DNA of 64,000 nt, from positions 83,380 to 147,379 of the forward strand of contig CAZDDI010000003.1 of assembly GCA_964504195.1 (NCBI GenBank), written 5' to 3'. Below are positions 45,079 through 56,656 of this stretch, piece by piece. Within the stretch, counting starts at the first letter, position 1, and each line of letters starts with the position of its first letter. The position numbers and the translations under genes were made by a program. Below the pieces are notes generated by a model, which did not search any database, was not told the origin of the DNA, and saw only the letters and a program-made list of their open reading frames with translations. The DNA is from an uncultured Anaerolineales bacterium. Lineage in GTDB: Bacteria > Chloroflexota > Anaerolineae > B4-G1 > SLSP01.

Positions 45079-46806
45079 TTAGGGGGCTGTCATCAGCGGT
45101 AGGTATATCCTCCAGCGTATGTCACCCATGATCGCCCATACTGGCCCGTGGAAGGTGCGGATGCCGGAGATGTCCATATCTTCCAGGCGATAGTAGTAGG
45201 TGACGCCGGGTAGCGCGGTGGTGTCGAGGTACGCGTACTCCCCCCCGTGGGCTTGACCGGGGAACTGTGGCGGGATGAGTGCGGTATTGAGCCGCATCCA
45301 CGGGCCACGCGTGGTTGCCCCCCGATAGAGATTGAACCCCAGGTTATCCAGCTCTGCCGCAGTTTCCCAAGTGATGAGAATTGCCTCGGCTTGCGGCGTA
45401 GCGGTGAAGTCCACGAGCGTGACGGCGGTGGGCTGGTTCATGATGATGCTGGTATGGGTAGGCCCGATTTGTATTTTCCCCACGCGCCCGTAGCTCTGTT
45501 GGGTATAAGTGCCGTTGACAGCGGGCACGTTGACTTTGAAAATCAGGCGCAATTCTCCGGGATTGTTCGGGCCGCTCGCCGCCGGCACGCGGTATGACGT
45601 TCCCGCAATCCCACGCCAGAGCAAGGTCCTGCCTGCGCCGCTGGCGGGATAGCGGCTGGAAGTGCTTTCGTCCACATCACTGGTAGCGGCGATGCTATCG
45701 AAGGTTAGCCCGGAGGCCAGGGTTACGGTGATGGTGTTGAGCTTCACCGGCTGGGTAAAGACATTGGTGAAGCGTACCGTGTAGGTCACCACCCCGGCAT
45801 GATTCAATTGTGTGGGTGTCACCTCACTCGTGACCTGTAAAGACAGGCTGGCCTCGGGGAAAGTGGTGAAGTAGACGCCATATCTATTTGAGTATTTACC
45901 CGGTTGACCGATGCCGCTATTTGTCCATGGGGTTGAAGTCGTTGCCGCCTGGCATTGCGCCTGCCAGAAGTACACGGCTGTTAGCTGCCGATTTTGTGCC
46001 GTAGGGGTAACCTGGGGGAAGTACAATTGATTGCGCGTTCCAATTGGCATGTTTGCCACATTCGAAGCCGTAATTTCAGTACCTAGCAAACGAAAACATG
46101 CATCCGCAAAACCCACATCACCGGTAGGCTGTAAAAGAACGCCTTGAAGGTTGGGGTGGAATTGATAGGTCACTGTTTGGGTAAAAATTTGACCGATGGC
46201 AATGGTACTGCCTCGACTGGATGTGATAACATCGGTGCCGCCAACGCCTTCTGATAAACGGGTGGTAAGGTGTCCGGTATATTGGGCTGGCGCATTCAGA
46301 TTGTTTGCTGTCACCGTGAGTGTGTAGGCATCAGTTAGCCCTGCGTAAGGCGTGCTCTGGCAGGCGCCGCTATAATCTACATACCAGTAGCCATAATATA
46401 CTGCCCCGGGGGCGAGATTGCCTATATAGCGCAGCGGATCGGCCGTCAACTTATAGTGATTGGAAGTGAAGCCGGTGAGTTCAACCCTTACCTCCGTCAA
46501 AGTCTCGGTAGTGTGATTGTTGGTGACGGCGATTCCTAACCACAGCGCGCGTGGGCCTTCAGGGGCCGTGGCGCACGCCTCCGCCGCATCCATCCAAGCG
46601 ATGTTGCCGCTGAGGAGCGTGAACTCGATATGTGTCGGCTCCGCGTGCAGGTCTGCTCCGACCACCACAACAGGGCTGACGCTCAACAGCGCCAGCCATA
46701 ACATAGCCAGACCTATTGCCGCCAGACAGCCGGTAGTAATAAATTTTCTTGCCATAGTTTTTGATACTCCTTTGAGGTGCAACGCACTTGTATGAGTGCG
46801 TTGCAC
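45079..46806 (-). CDS. Secreted protein with N-terminal signal peptide and a conserved ~110-aa C-terminal domain shared with 47360-50074
   Basis: It has a signal peptide/TM (LAAIGLAMLWLALL). The C-terminus AVTLVDFTATPQAEAILITWETAAELDNLGFNLYRG...GVTYYYRLEDMDISGIRTFHGPV is about 85% identical to the C-terminus of the neighbouring gene. Confidence 0.6.
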   Translation of the reverse strand: MQRTHTSALHLKGVSKTMARKFITTGCLAAIGLAMLWLALLSVSPVVVVGADLHAEPTHIEFTLLSGNIAWMDAAEACATAPEGPRALWLGIAVTNNHTTETLTEVRVELTGFTSNHYKLTADPLRYIGNLAPGAVYYGYWYVDYSGACQSTPYAGLTDAYTLTVTANNLNAPAQYTGHLTTRLSEGVGGTDVITSSRGSTIAIGQIFTQTVTYQFHPNLQGVLLQPTGDVGFADACFRLLGTEITASNVANMPIGTRNQLYFPQVTPTAQNRQLTAVYFWQAQCQAATTSTPWTNSGIGQPGKYSNRYGVYFTTFPEASLSLQVTSEVTPTQLNHAGVVTYTVRFTNVFTQPVKLNTITVTLASGLTFDSIAATSDVDESTSSRYPASGAGRTLLWRGIAGTSYRVPAASGPNNPGELRLIFKVNVPAVNGTYTQQSYGRVGKIQIGPTHTSIIMNQPTAVTLVDFTATPQAEAILITWETAAELDNLGFNLYRGATTRGPWMRLNTALIPPQFPGQAHGGEYAYLDTTALPGVTYYYRLEDMDISGIRTFHGPVWAIMGDIRWRIYLPLMTAP

Positions 46807-46929
46807 GATAGTTTCTACACGGTAAAACGGTCTCTCTCAGACGTGGCAGGTTTCACAAACTGCCACGTCTGCCATAAAAGCCGGTCAGACGGGTATAGGA
46901 TAAATTATTGGAGATTTTCCCCTTATCCC

Positions 46930-47066
46930 CCTGCCCCCTTTTCTCCGCTTGCGCGGGAAAGGGGGGCTGTTTTTGAAGGTGTTTTGGACTGCGGCGAAGC
47001 CGCCGTCCAAAACACCTGTTATTTTCGCCCCCTCCCCGCGCCGCATAGCGGCGTGGGGAGGGGGCC
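46930..47066. repeat. Cluster of three GC-rich imperfect hairpins (REP-like)
   Basis: The three hairpins are GCCCCCTTTTCTCCGC/GCGGGAAAGGGGGGC, GGTGTTTTGGACTGCGGCG/CGCCGTCCAAAACACC and CCCCTCCCCGCGCCGC/GCGGCGTGGGGAGGGG. Confidence 0.4.
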
Positions 47067-47296
47067 AGGGGAAGGGGCAAAATTCTCAACATGAGACAGC
47101 CGACAAGTCTGGGAGGTATTTTTCAGATAAGAATCGTTCTTTATTCAATAATTTGTTGTATATCCCGGTAAGACTTTCATGGCGTATGGCTGGTCATGCG
47201 CAGCAGCGCATATCCGACGCCCTACTTCCTTACCATACCATAACCTTAGGCCCTTGTGACTGTACTTTTAGTACAGTCAAAGTACAGTCTTGCGAC

Positions 47297-47335
47297 AAAA
47301 AAACCCACCCGTCCCCTGAAACAGGGACGGGTGGG
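47297..47335 (-). terminator. Rho-independent terminator of the 904-aa surface protein gene
   Basis: On the minus strand it reads CCCACCCGTCCC-TGTTTCAG-GGGACGGGTGGG followed by TTTTTTT, a perfect 12-bp stem. Confidence 0.65.
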
Positions 47336-47359
47336 TAAGAGAATGGTTAGTTTTGCCGT

Positions 47360-50074
47360 TTAGCGTGCTTTAGCGAGTGTTGCCGGGGCGGATGCAGGCG
47401 CGCACGACACTAACGGCATATAAACCTGCCAACGCACTTCACCCATGACCGCCGATACTGGCCCGTGGAAGGTGCGGACGCCGAAGATGTCCACATCTTC
47501 CAGGCGATAGTAGTAGGTGACGCCGGGCAGCGCGGTGGTGTCGAGGTACTCGTACTCCCCGCCGTGGGCTTGACCGGGGAACTGTGGCGGGATAAGCGCG
47601 CTCGTGAGTTGCGCCCATGGGCCAGTGGCGGACTCGCTGCGGTGGAGGTGGAAGCCGAGGTTGTCGAGCTCCGCGGCGGTCTCCCAGGTGACGCGGATGC
47701 CTTCAGGTTGCGGGGTCGCAGCGAAGCTGACGAGGGTGACGGCGGTGGGCTGGTTGCCGCCGGTGAAATCAGAGAAGGCGGTCAATCCGCTGAAGGAGAT
47801 TTGATTGGTGCTAGTATCAATGCTGCCGCCCGTGCTAGACCAAGAGGCAGCATGTCGCCGATATGCCTGGATACTGCTTTCAGTTCCATTGATGTCAGCA
47901 TCCAGGTAATCGAATGTTGCGCTTGCGCTGAAGCCAGTGATACCAGAGGCAGTTACACTCCAAAAACGGGAAAGATAGTGTGTAGGACTATTGTTATTAG
48001 GGTGTCTAGCGTCTCGCAAATTGACACAAGCTTGTCCAGAAGCGAACGTGCCAGAGGCGAAATTCACAGTGGCGGGAGAATACTCCGCTGTGCCGGTGGC
48101 ATCGCCGACGGGGAAGAAGTATGAGCCATCTGCGCTGTAATTTTTACACAGCGTTCCCGCTCCATCGGCCACAATCATAGTAGCATCATTAAATGTTCCT
48201 GCAATAGCAGGAGCGCTATCGCCCAACGTGAGCTTGTAACTGCCCAGCGTGAGCCGTCCGCTCGTGAGCGTCAACTGATTGGCGACGGTTTGCGCCCTGC
48301 CCAGGCTCGCGCCGGTGCTGTTGTTGAGCGTGAGGTTGTAGAAGTCGGTGGTCGCGTTTCCGCCAATGGTCTGTGCAGTCGAGCCGTTGAAGATGACGGT
48401 GCCGTCGTTGTTGTGGGTGAAGGTGCCGTGGTTGGTCCAGTTGCCGCCAACGGTAAGCGTTCGTGCTTGTCCACTTTCGCTTACTAATGTTGCCCCACTC
48501 TTAATTAGCACATTGCCGGTGGCTGTTGTTTGGTCAATGAAGGTACCTATTCCAGCCGAAACGTATATATGCCGAATGGGTATAACTTCTCCCCCCATAT
48601 CACTGGAATAATTACTAGTAATATCAAAGTTGCGAGTTTGACTACTATTATAATCCCAGATTCTTTCCGTGCGCACAGCAACCCCACTACCCATGCTGGC
48701 AAATCCGGCCTGTGTGCGATAGCGGTTGTCAGAGGTAGTAGGTGGATCAATTCCTAAAGAAGTTTGCCACTCCCCACTACTATTAGCTATCCAAAAATAA
48801 AGTCCAAATTCACCAGTTTTATTCAATCCAACACTAGATCTTGGTATTCGCCAATGAGTTTTATTAGTTGTTCCACTGATTGTGCGATATAATTCTGTAG
48901 CCGCATACATATTAGTAGCGGTGCCCCATCCAGTGTCACTCCGGGTGAACAAATCAAGATTTGTGTTGTTCAGAGAACGTATAATATACTCCGGTGTTAA
49001 ATAGCCAGCAAATGAAACACCAGCAAAATCTGCTGTTGTGATTCCTGAATCTATGCCTGGATTTACATCAACCGCTACATTAAGTTGAGCAGTGTTATCA
49101 TCATATCCGCCATCGAAATAGATATACAGGTAGCGATCATCCCAAGTGGCGTAAAAATTAGCGTTTCCATTGTCATCTCCTACTTTTTCGTTGGAACGCC
49201 AAATATTAAAATTGCTACTAATGTTAATAGAGTGATTTGTTGTTGTTGCATTACTAACATAAAGATACAGATAGTTTGTTTCTGTATTTCCAGTATTTCC
49301 CATAAAATCAGTATATTGGGCGCGTAAGCGATATACCCCTTCGCTGAAAGAAGGATTAGTTAAGCGATAACTCCAGTTATTACCTTCATCAGAATACCAA
49401 CTAAAATTAGTTCCATAGGTGCTCAAATCAGACCAATTGCTTCCTGTGACACTCCACTTTTCATATTCTATTTGTACAAGGATAGGTGAGATGGTGACAT
49501 CACTGGCTGCACTACTAGCATTTGTCAGTCCATTGGCGTAAACCTCTACATCAATAGTAAAATTTTCGCCGACATTCACATGCTTGTTCGTTGAGCCATT
49601 AAAATCTTGGTTCCCTATAAAGGTTACTCCGCTAAAATCTAATTGAGCAGCATCGCAACTGACAGATGCATAGGGATCGGCACCATCATTGATAGTGATT
49701 CCGTAGGGATTGCCCTGGGCTAGCATATAGGTGTTACAAGAACCTATGCTGTCAAATGTTAAATTGGCTCCAGAAGCGGGGAACCATTGTGTAGTATCAC
49801 TGCGATAAAACTTGTACTCATCATTGTTTTCAAGTGGGCTGTTAATAGTAAGATTTAGAGAATGGATATAATCCCCTGAAAACTGGTCTCCGTTCGTGCC
49901 ATCGTCGTAGAGCTGACAACCCGAATCCCAATTACATTGTTCACCACGCAGATAATAGGTTCCACCTGCAGCCATAAGTGGTATTTGTAACATGACCAAA
50001 GACAATAGTAAAGCTCCAGAGAAGAGTAAAAATAAACCATACACAGCGATTTTGTTAGTTGCCTGTTTCATCAC
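47360..50074 (-). CDS. Large secreted Asn/Ser/Thr/Gly-rich surface protein (adhesin/S-layer-like) with shared C-terminal domain
   Basis: 904 aa with a signal peptide. The N-terminal two-thirds are low-GC and Asn/Thr-rich. The C-terminal ~110 aa are high-GC and near-identical to the C-terminus of 45079-46806. Confidence 0.6.
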   Translation of the reverse strand: MMKQATNKIAVYGLFLLFSGALLLSLVMLQIPLMAAGGTYYLRGEQCNWDSGCQLYDDGTNGDQFSGDYIHSLNLTINSPLENNDEYKFYRSDTTQWFPASGANLTFDSIGSCNTYMLAQGNPYGITINDGADPYASVSCDAAQLDFSGVTFIGNQDFNGSTNKHVNVGENFTIDVEVYANGLTNASSAASDVTISPILVQIEYEKWSVTGSNWSDLSTYGTNFSWYSDEGNNWSYRLTNPSFSEGVYRLRAQYTDFMGNTGNTETNYLYLYVSNATTTNHSINISSNFNIWRSNEKVGDDNGNANFYATWDDRYLYIYFDGGYDDNTAQLNVAVDVNPGIDSGITTADFAGVSFAGYLTPEYIIRSLNNTNLDLFTRSDTGWGTATNMYAATELYRTISGTTNKTHWRIPRSSVGLNKTGEFGLYFWIANSSGEWQTSLGIDPPTTSDNRYRTQAGFASMGSGVAVRTERIWDYNSSQTRNFDITSNYSSDMGGEVIPIRHIYVSAGIGTFIDQTTATGNVLIKSGATLVSESGQARTLTVGGNWTNHGTFTHNNDGTVIFNGSTAQTIGGNATTDFYNLTLNNSTGASLGRAQTVANQLTLTSGRLTLGSYKLTLGDSAPAIAGTFNDATMIVADGAGTLCKNYSADGSYFFPVGDATGTAEYSPATVNFASGTFASGQACVNLRDARHPNNNSPTHYLSRFWSVTASGITGFSASATFDYLDADINGTESSIQAYRRHAASWSSTGGSIDTSTNQISFSGLTAFSDFTGGNQPTAVTLVSFAATPQPEGIRVTWETAAELDNLGFHLHRSESATGPWAQLTSALIPPQFPGQAHGGEYEYLDTTALPGVTYYYRLEDVDIFGVRTFHGPVSAVMGEVRWQVYMPLVSCAPASAPATLAKAR

Positions 50075-50429
50075 TAAACCTCCTGTAGATATTCAAATAC
50101 ACAAAAACCGGCCCACCGATCAAAGTCCCTCGATCAGCGGCCGGTTTCAATCATACCTTTGCAGCACTATGCTTTTGCACCCACACGACTCCATCACGGG
50201 CTAAACGCCGCATCCAACAAGGCAGGGTCTGCCCACAGTTTGGATGAGAAGAGTATCAGAGAGGCTCATTTTAATTATTATACCAGCAAAATGGAGGCAT
50301 TGCAAGTACTCGTAATCTATATTGCAGTTGCAGACACGCTATCCGCAAAACGTGACCGCAAACAAAACCGCCCTGGGAGCCGTGCGACTCCCAGGGCGGT
50401 GAAGCTAAGCGTCCGCGCTATTGCGCCCG

Positions 50430-53400
50430 CTACCGCGCCCGCGCGCGGTGTAAGGTTAGCGTGAGTGTGTACTCGCGCAGCACGGCGGGCAGGTAGATGA
50501 AGTATGCGTCATCGTTCTGGGTGAAGGTGGCCGTGCAGGTCTTGTCTGCGTCCATCGTGACCGCGCCATCTGCGCAGTCGGGAGCGCCGCTCCACCCGGC
50601 GAAGCTGGAACCGGCGTCCGGGGTGGCGTTCAACGTGATGACCGTTCCGGAGATGTATGTATACGTCCCCGGCAGTGGCGTGACCACGCCGCTGCCCGTG
50701 CCCGCCGTGGTGATGGTTAACGTATAGGTAATCGGCGGCGTCTCCATGAACGTGGCATGAATGGTGTGATCGGCGGTGACATTGTGGAACGTGTACGCGC
50801 TCACCACGCCCAGCGCCACCTCATCCACGAAGACGTTGGCGATGTAGTAGCCGGGATCGGTCTGGATGGTGAAACTGACAGTGTCGCCGTGGTTGACCGT
50901 CTGCGGTATCGCCGGGATGATGCTCCCGCCGGTTTCTGCCGTCGGTGTGATCGTGTAGGTGCGGAGCGTGAACGTCGCGGTGATGACCAGCGGGGCCTCA
51001 AACCAAATCGCCACCGGGTTCTGGGTGCTTTCCAGACCGCCCGACCAGCCCGCAAAAACCGAGTCTGCATTGGCCTGCGCGCGCAGTGTGACCCAGCGTG
51101 GTTCTGGATACGTATGGACTCCCACCGTCGGGCTGATGACGCCGTTGCCGTTGCCGTCCACGCGCATGGTGAGGGTGAACAAAGGTTGATCCTGTGTGAA
51201 CGTGGCCGTGCAGGTCTTGCTCGCATCCATCGTCACCGAGCCGTCTGCACAGTCGGGATCGCCGCTCCAGCCGCCAAAGGTTGAGCCGGGATGCGGCGAC
51301 GCGCTCAGCGCAACCACCGTGCCTTCATCGTATACATGCGTACCTACCGTAGGCGTGACCACGCCGCTGCCCGTTCCTGCTGTGGCGATCGTCAGCACCA
51401 CGCCGGTGCGCGCCGCCGCGTGAATGGCGAACGCATCCAGCGCGCCTAGCGTGGTGTTCACAATGTTTCCCGTGCTGTTGATGCTGATCGTGCGCCCGGT
51501 GCAGCCGGAGGCGTCCGGCAGCAGCTCGCCCTGGGTCACATCGCAATAGGTCCCGGCGGGCAGGCTCGTCTGATAGGTCGTGGTCGCCTGGCTGCCCGTG
51601 CCGTTGATGGCGACAAAGCCCTGATCACCGCGCCCAAATGCGATGTGGTCGCTGCTCACGTTGATCCAGTCGGTCACGGGTTCGCCGTCCGTGACCTGGC
51701 GGAACTGCACCATATTGGCCGTTTCCGGGCGGCGATGCTCGCAGGCCCACTTACCCCAGGTAAAAGTCGCTGCGCAGTTAGCCGGGTCCCCGTTCACGTA
51801 GACCGGCAACGTCGCCCCACTGCTCCCCGGCCCGCCATTGACCGTGGGCGGCCCCAGGCTATCGCCCGTATCATCGTTTGGGTCGCTCTGCCAGTAGTAG
51901 CTCGACATCACCGAAGGGTAGCCATAGGGATGGGCCAGCGCGAAGATGTTGGCGAGGCTATGCGCTTGCCCGTCCCGGTGATCCACGATGCAGCGCCCCG
52001 GCCCTACGCCGTGCCCGCGCTGATTGTCGTGATTGTCCGTGAAGACCACTGCAAAGCGCGAGTCTAACAGCCCGCCGGTGAACGCTTGCAGTCCGCTCAA
52101 CGTGCCGGCGCAGCCACTATCGAAGGCATCCCCCAGCGCATACGAATAATCGAACTCCGTGACATCGCCGTAGGGCGTGTACTCCCAATCGCGGATGCGC
52201 TCTGTGGGGTCCTGATCAATCACTTCCTGGAAAACGTAGAAATCGCCCGTGATGCCCTCCAGAATCGCGCCCACCTCATAAGCGGCGACGTGCTTCGCGC
52301 CATCGAGCCGGAACCCGGCCACCCCGGCATCCACGAGCGCCTGGAAGTAGTTACGCAACTGCGCTTGCACATAGCTCTGCCCGGTATCGAGATCGGGCAG
52401 GCCCGAAAGCGCGCAGTTCTGCACCTCAGCGCGATCCTTGTAGTTGCTGATGGTACAATCCTCATGGAAATGCGCGCTGGTGTACTGCGTTCCATAGTAG
52501 CGCGCGGCCTTCGGCGAGGAGAGGTAGGGCGTTCCGTGCGTGCCCACATCCGCCACGCCGACCGGATACAGCCCCATGTGGTTGATGACCGCATCCACAT
52601 AGATGTCTACCCCCAGCGCGTTACAAGTCTGTACCATGCTCTCGAACTCGGTCCACGTCCCGCTGCGGCTGGTCATCGTGCTGATGAGATGGGTCACGGG
52701 CTGGTACCGCACCCACCAGGGATAATCGTTGGCCGGATCGAGCATATTCTCCACCGGCACGATGTGCTCATTGGGCGGTGAAACCTGCACGGCGCTGTAG
52801 CCCTTCTCCGCCAGGAACGTACATTCTTGTTCGATATCGGCCCAGCGCCACTCGAAGAGGTGAACGAAGACACCGCCGGGAGGGGCTGGGCGCGGATCGC
52901 CCGCCGGGATGATGGTAATCAGCCCATCGCCCTGGTCGTCGTCGAGCGGATCGCTGCCAATGTCGTAGGTATCCTCTTTCCACTGCGGCCCTTCGCCGTC
53001 TTTCTGGCAATAGGTCGTAAAGCCATACGTTCCCGGCTCCAGCGCATTGAGCGCCGCCTGTGGAAGCGTGGCCTTGTATTCATCGTTATCGCCGATGTCG
53101 CCGTTGTAGCTCATGACCAGATCGCTCCACGGTTCGCCATACGCGCCCCAATGCAGATAGCACGCGATACCTGCGCCCTGGCCTGGCCCTGGCGTCACAC
53201 CGGTCTCATAGACCTGCACAAAAACATCGAAGCCGGTCGGCCCAAAGGCGTCCTCCTGGATGGCGTGAGCGACGCCGCCGCGCGGCCACATCAGCCCCAC
53301 CCAATCCAACGAGCTGGGCGCGGTCAACAGATGCGTAGAAACAAAGACCACGGTGGTGCGCGCCGGAATGGTGAATGCGCCGGTGCTGTTGTTGAAGGTC

Positions 53401-56400
53401 GCGCCGCCCGTAATCACCGGGTCGTCATCCAGCCCGTCCGTATGTACCGGGTGTAGCGTGAAGCTCTTCCCGACGGCTTCGGGAATCGTATAGGTCTGGA
53501 CGATCTTGTGGGCGTTGAAGAAAACCAGGATGGTCTCCAGATTCGGGTCGAGATCGGGTGCCGGGCCGTCGGAGAGGTGCATGACGAGCAGCCCCGCGTG
53601 CGTGTTGGCGGTGTTGTAGTGTGAGGTACGCGCGTTGATGTCGGCGCGGGTACGCAGGCGGAACAACGGGGAGCTGTAGCGCAGCCGCAGGAGCTCGCGG
53701 AATTGCGCCGCCGCGAAAGTGATGTCGCTGGAGGCCGGATCGAGCGCGGTGTTTGCCAGTAGCGGCGACATGATGGGCCACCGGCTGCTGTTGTCCCAGG
53801 CTGGCGGCAAGCCCTGCCCGAAGTTGTTGTGGCTGTAATCCCAATAGACGCGGTTGAACCAATCGCCGGAATCGTAGGAGTTGCGGTCGAGCGATTTGGA
53901 GCGCAGCATATCGCTGCTCATGTGGAAGAAGGGCACGCCCTGCGCCAGCGCCATGATGCTCAGCCCCACATTCTGCGCGCGCACCCGCTCGGTCATACTG
54001 ACACTGCTGGGCAGCTTGAAGATGTTTTGATCGAACAGCGTCTCGTTATCATGCTTGGAGACATACGGGATGGATTCCTGCGGGTCGGCAGCGAAAGGCC
54101 CGCCTTGCCCGTTCCAGTCATCGCCGCTGCCGCGCAACGCGCTGCGCAGCGTATCCATGGCCGCGTGCAGGTCGCTCTCGAAGCGGCGGTCGTACTCGTA
54201 GCCGTTCCAATCGTAGCTCAGGCCGTTGCTGAAACCCTGCCGCCGAATTTGCAGCGAGTCCTGCTCGTATCCGCCGTGCGTGGCGTCGCGGATGATGTCG
54301 TTGAAGAGGCCGATGCCCATGCCGGTCATGTTGTACTTGTGCGCGTAGCACCAGCCATCGGTGCAATTCGTCAGCCCCTTATCTTTGGCCGAGCCGAAAT
54401 CCCAGCCCTCGCCGTAGAGATAGATTTTGCTGCCGTCCACGCCATGCGCGCCCGGTGTCAACGCCGCAATTGCCGTCTGCACATTGAGCATGTTCCCCTG
54501 CGTGTGCAGATTCATCAGGTCGAAGCGGAAGCCATCTACCTTGTAATCCACCGCAAAGCGGATGAGCGTATCAATCATCAGCTTTTCCATCATGGCGTAC
54601 TCGCAGGCGGTGTCCGGGCAACAACTGGATTGTTGCAAGACGCCGTCGCGGTCGTAGCGGTAGTAGTAGCCCGGCACGACCTTGTCTAGCACGGATTGCG
54701 CGTATTGCCCGCTGGCCGAGGTGTGATTGTAAACCACGTCCATCACCACCCGCAGCCCATTTTCGTTGAGGCGCTGCACCATCTCGCGGAATTCGATGAT
54801 GCGCTGCACGCCATCGGGATCGGTGCTGTAGGAGCCTTCCGGCACGCCGTAGTGATAGGGATCGTAGCCCCAGTTGAACCCGTCAAGCGTGCGGGAAATA
54901 GCGATGGTCGCCTGCTGTTGATCGCTATCGCGGGCATGTCCCGTAGGATTGGGCCAGACCTCGCGGGGCACGTTGGCTTCCAGCACAGAGGCAATGTCGA
55001 AAATCGGCATCAAATGCACATGGGTCAACCCGGCGTCTTGCAGGGCCAGCACGTGCGTCATCCCGGCGGATAGCGTGCGCCCGTCGCGCCCATCATAAGT
55101 GAACGCCATGTAGGTACCCCGATCAGCCTGTGCCACGGTGCTATCGTTGATGCTGAAATCGCGGACGTGCATCTCGTAGATGGTGATATCCTCGAAAGCC
55201 GCCAGCGCGGGCTTGGCGAGGCTCGTCCAGCCTACCGGCATCAGATCGCTATCGGCCAGATTCACGAACTGGCTGCGCGCGCTGTCGGTGGAGAGGCTTA
55301 CCGCGTAAGGGTCGGTGACGAGGTTGTTGAGGACGGCATCCTCACTGGGGACATAGACCTCCACATCTAGCAGGTAGTATTGGCGATCCCAACTCGCCGC
55401 GCCGGTGACGCTCCACACGCCAGAGGCCGTAGCTTCAGTCAACGTATGGGTCGTATAGGTGCTCGTGGTGGAATCGGCATACCGGCGCAGTGTGACCGAT
55501 CTGGCGGTGGGCGCCCACACGCGCAGCGTGGGCACGCCCGCGCTATAGCTTACGCCGAGCGTCTGCGTCTTGGCGCTGTCCGCGTAGAGCGCATCGAGTA
55601 CGCTCTGAATTTGCACGTGGCTGATATCGAGCAACGCAGTGCTCCCATCGTAGCTGGCGACTACCACCTGCCCCTTGAGCAAGTGCTTGGCATTGGCCGC
55701 AGAGAGTCCCGTCAACAGGCGCGGCAGTCCCGTGGCGTTGGGGTTTTTGGGGTAGCCGCTCACCGTACCGCTGGCTGTGAGGTTTACGTGGCAGGGCGCG
55801 GTAGGTGCGGGGAAGGTGCAAACCGTCGCCCCGGCGACCGCCGGATCCAGCGCGCCGTCGGGATCGTAGAGCAGCTTGTAGCTCGTGCCGGCCGCGCCGT
55901 TCCAGCCGATGGTGTTAGTATCGAGCCAGAACGCGCGCATTCCGGTGGGCGTGCCGCTGGGCGGGTTGACAGTAATCCGGCCATTGCCGATGTCGTCGCC
56001 ACCATCTTGCTTCCAAATATCTATTCCATCAGAGGTGCAATACGCCGAGAACTCATACAGGCCGGCGCTTGGGGTGATGGTGCCTTTGTACTCATCGTTG
56101 TTCACCTGATCGGCATGGTAACTCATCGGCGTATGGGTAATAACGCCCCAGGGGGCGCCGAAGTAGCTTACCTCACTCCAGGCGAGTGTGCAGGTAATCC
56201 CCGGTCCTTGTCCTGGCCCAGGCGTCACGCCATCTTTCCAGACCTGGATGTAGACATCGTAACTGGTCCCTTGGGTGATCGTTTCATGCGTGCCGCCGCG
56301 CGGCCACATCCACCCGACCCACCCCCAGGTCATCGCCTGTACCGGCCCTGGCGCGCTCAACAGCGCGGGGAACAGGCTTGTCAACAAGGCCAAAGCCAAC

Positions 56401-56429
56401 ATGATATGCAACCAACGTCTCTGTCCCAT
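50430..56429 (-). CDS. Giant secreted amylopullulanase: pullulanase-type GH13 + alpha-amylase-type GH13 catalytic domains, duplicated N-terminal binding-like domains and four C-terminal InlB-B-repeat-like domains
   Basis: The domain evidence is:
- An N-terminal signal peptide.
- Pullulanase motif: [18 protein letters not shown] (YNWGYDP).
- GH13 region II: [10 protein letters not shown].
- [10 protein letters not shown] (region IV-like).
- Four C-terminal ~70-aa repeats: [10 protein letters not shown]...[24 protein letters not shown]. Confidence 0.85.
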   Translation of the reverse strand: MGQRRWLHIMLALALLTSLFPALLSAPGPVQAMTWGWVGWMWPRGGTHETITQGTSYDVYIQVWKDGVTPGPGQGPGITCTLAWSEVSYFGAPWGVITHTPMSYHADQVNNDEYKGTITPSAGLYEFSAYCTSDGIDIWKQDGGDDIGNGRITVNPPSGTPTGMRAFWLDTNTIGWNGAAGTSYKLLYDPDGALDPAVAGATVCTFPAPTAPCHVNLTASGTVSGYPKNPNATGLPRLLTGLSAANAKHLLKGQVVVASYDGSTALLDISHVQIQSVLDALYADSAKTQTLGVSYSAGVPTLRVWAPTARSVTLRRYADSTTSTYTTHTLTEATASGVWSVTGAASWDRQYYLLDVEVYVPSEDAVLNNLVTDPYAVSLSTDSARSQFVNLADSDLMPVGWTSLAKPALAAFEDITIYEMHVRDFSINDSTVAQADRGTYMAFTYDGRDGRTLSAGMTHVLALQDAGLTHVHLMPIFDIASVLEANVPREVWPNPTGHARDSDQQQATIAISRTLDGFNWGYDPYHYGVPEGSYSTDPDGVQRIIEFREMVQRLNENGLRVVMDVVYNHTSASGQYAQSVLDKVVPGYYYRYDRDGVLQQSSCCPDTACEYAMMEKLMIDTLIRFAVDYKVDGFRFDLMNLHTQGNMLNVQTAIAALTPGAHGVDGSKIYLYGEGWDFGSAKDKGLTNCTDGWCYAHKYNMTGMGIGLFNDIIRDATHGGYEQDSLQIRRQGFSNGLSYDWNGYEYDRRFESDLHAAMDTLRSALRGSGDDWNGQGGPFAADPQESIPYVSKHDNETLFDQNIFKLPSSVSMTERVRAQNVGLSIMALAQGVPFFHMSSDMLRSKSLDRNSYDSGDWFNRVYWDYSHNNFGQGLPPAWDNSSRWPIMSPLLANTALDPASSDITFAAAQFRELLRLRYSSPLFRLRTRADINARTSHYNTANTHAGLLVMHLSDGPAPDLDPNLETILVFFNAHKIVQTYTIPEAVGKSFTLHPVHTDGLDDDPVITGGATFNNSTGAFTIPARTTVVFVSTHLLTAPSSLDWVGLMWPRGGVAHAIQEDAFGPTGFDVFVQVYETGVTPGPGQGAGIACYLHWGAYGEPWSDLVMSYNGDIGDNDEYKATLPQAALNALEPGTYGFTTYCQKDGEGPQWKEDTYDIGSDPLDDDQGDGLITIIPAGDPRPAPPGGVFVHLFEWRWADIEQECTFLAEKGYSAVQVSPPNEHIVPVENMLDPANDYPWWVRYQPVTHLISTMTSRSGTWTEFESMVQTCNALGVDIYVDAVINHMGLYPVGVADVGTHGTPYLSSPKAARYYGTQYTSAHFHEDCTISNYKDRAEVQNCALSGLPDLDTGQSYVQAQLRNYFQALVDAGVAGFRLDGAKHVAAYEVGAILEGITGDFYVFQEVIDQDPTERIRDWEYTPYGDVTEFDYSYALGDAFDSGCAGTLSGLQAFTGGLLDSRFAVVFTDNHDNQRGHGVGPGRCIVDHRDGQAHSLANIFALAHPYGYPSVMSSYYWQSDPNDDTGDSLGPPTVNGGPGSSGATLPVYVNGDPANCAATFTWGKWACEHRRPETANMVQFRQVTDGEPVTDWINVSSDHIAFGRGDQGFVAINGTGSQATTTYQTSLPAGTYCDVTQGELLPDASGCTGRTISINSTGNIVNTTLGALDAFAIHAAARTGVVLTIATAGTGSGVVTPTVGTHVYDEGTVVALSASPHPGSTFGGWSGDPDCADGSVTMDASKTCTATFTQDQPLFTLTMRVDGNGNGVISPTVGVHTYPEPRWVTLRAQANADSVFAGWSGGLESTQNPVAIWFEAPLVITATFTLRTYTITPTAETGGSIIPAIPQTVNHGDTVSFTIQTDPGYYIANVFVDEVALGVVSAYTFHNVTADHTIHATFMETPPITYTLTITTAGTGSGVVTPLPGTYTYISGTVITLNATPDAGSSFAGWSGAPDCADGAVTMDADKTCTATFTQNDDAYFIYLPAVLREYTLTLTLHRARAR

Positions 56430-56656
56430 GATTTACCTCCTGATGAAAATAGTAAATTACCTCGTACATCCCGTCAAATTTTCGTTAGCGTGGGTGTGGC
56501 ATAAGCCATAGGAGAACCCTGTGATTAGCACTGATGTGCCTGAGCAGCGGCGTGCTGGGGAGATCGTAGCTACGGCCTCCATTTGTGTACGAGACCGGCC
56601 TGCGGTAGTTACAAAACGGCTGTGATAGCGCGGAATAAGGGAATGCTTTGTACCTG

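Noticed and set aside
48500-50074. Low-GC block considered as an inserted mobile element
   Set aside because: The reading frame is continuous with the high-GC 3' part of the same 904-aa gene, and no transposase, integrase or terminal repeats are visible. It is interpreted as a compositionally chimeric gene instead.
50757-55073. Several 100-300-aa plus-strand ORFs inside the amylopullulanase region
   Set aside because: All lie antisense to the continuous 1999-aa GH13 ORF on the minus strand. Their translations are low-complexity.
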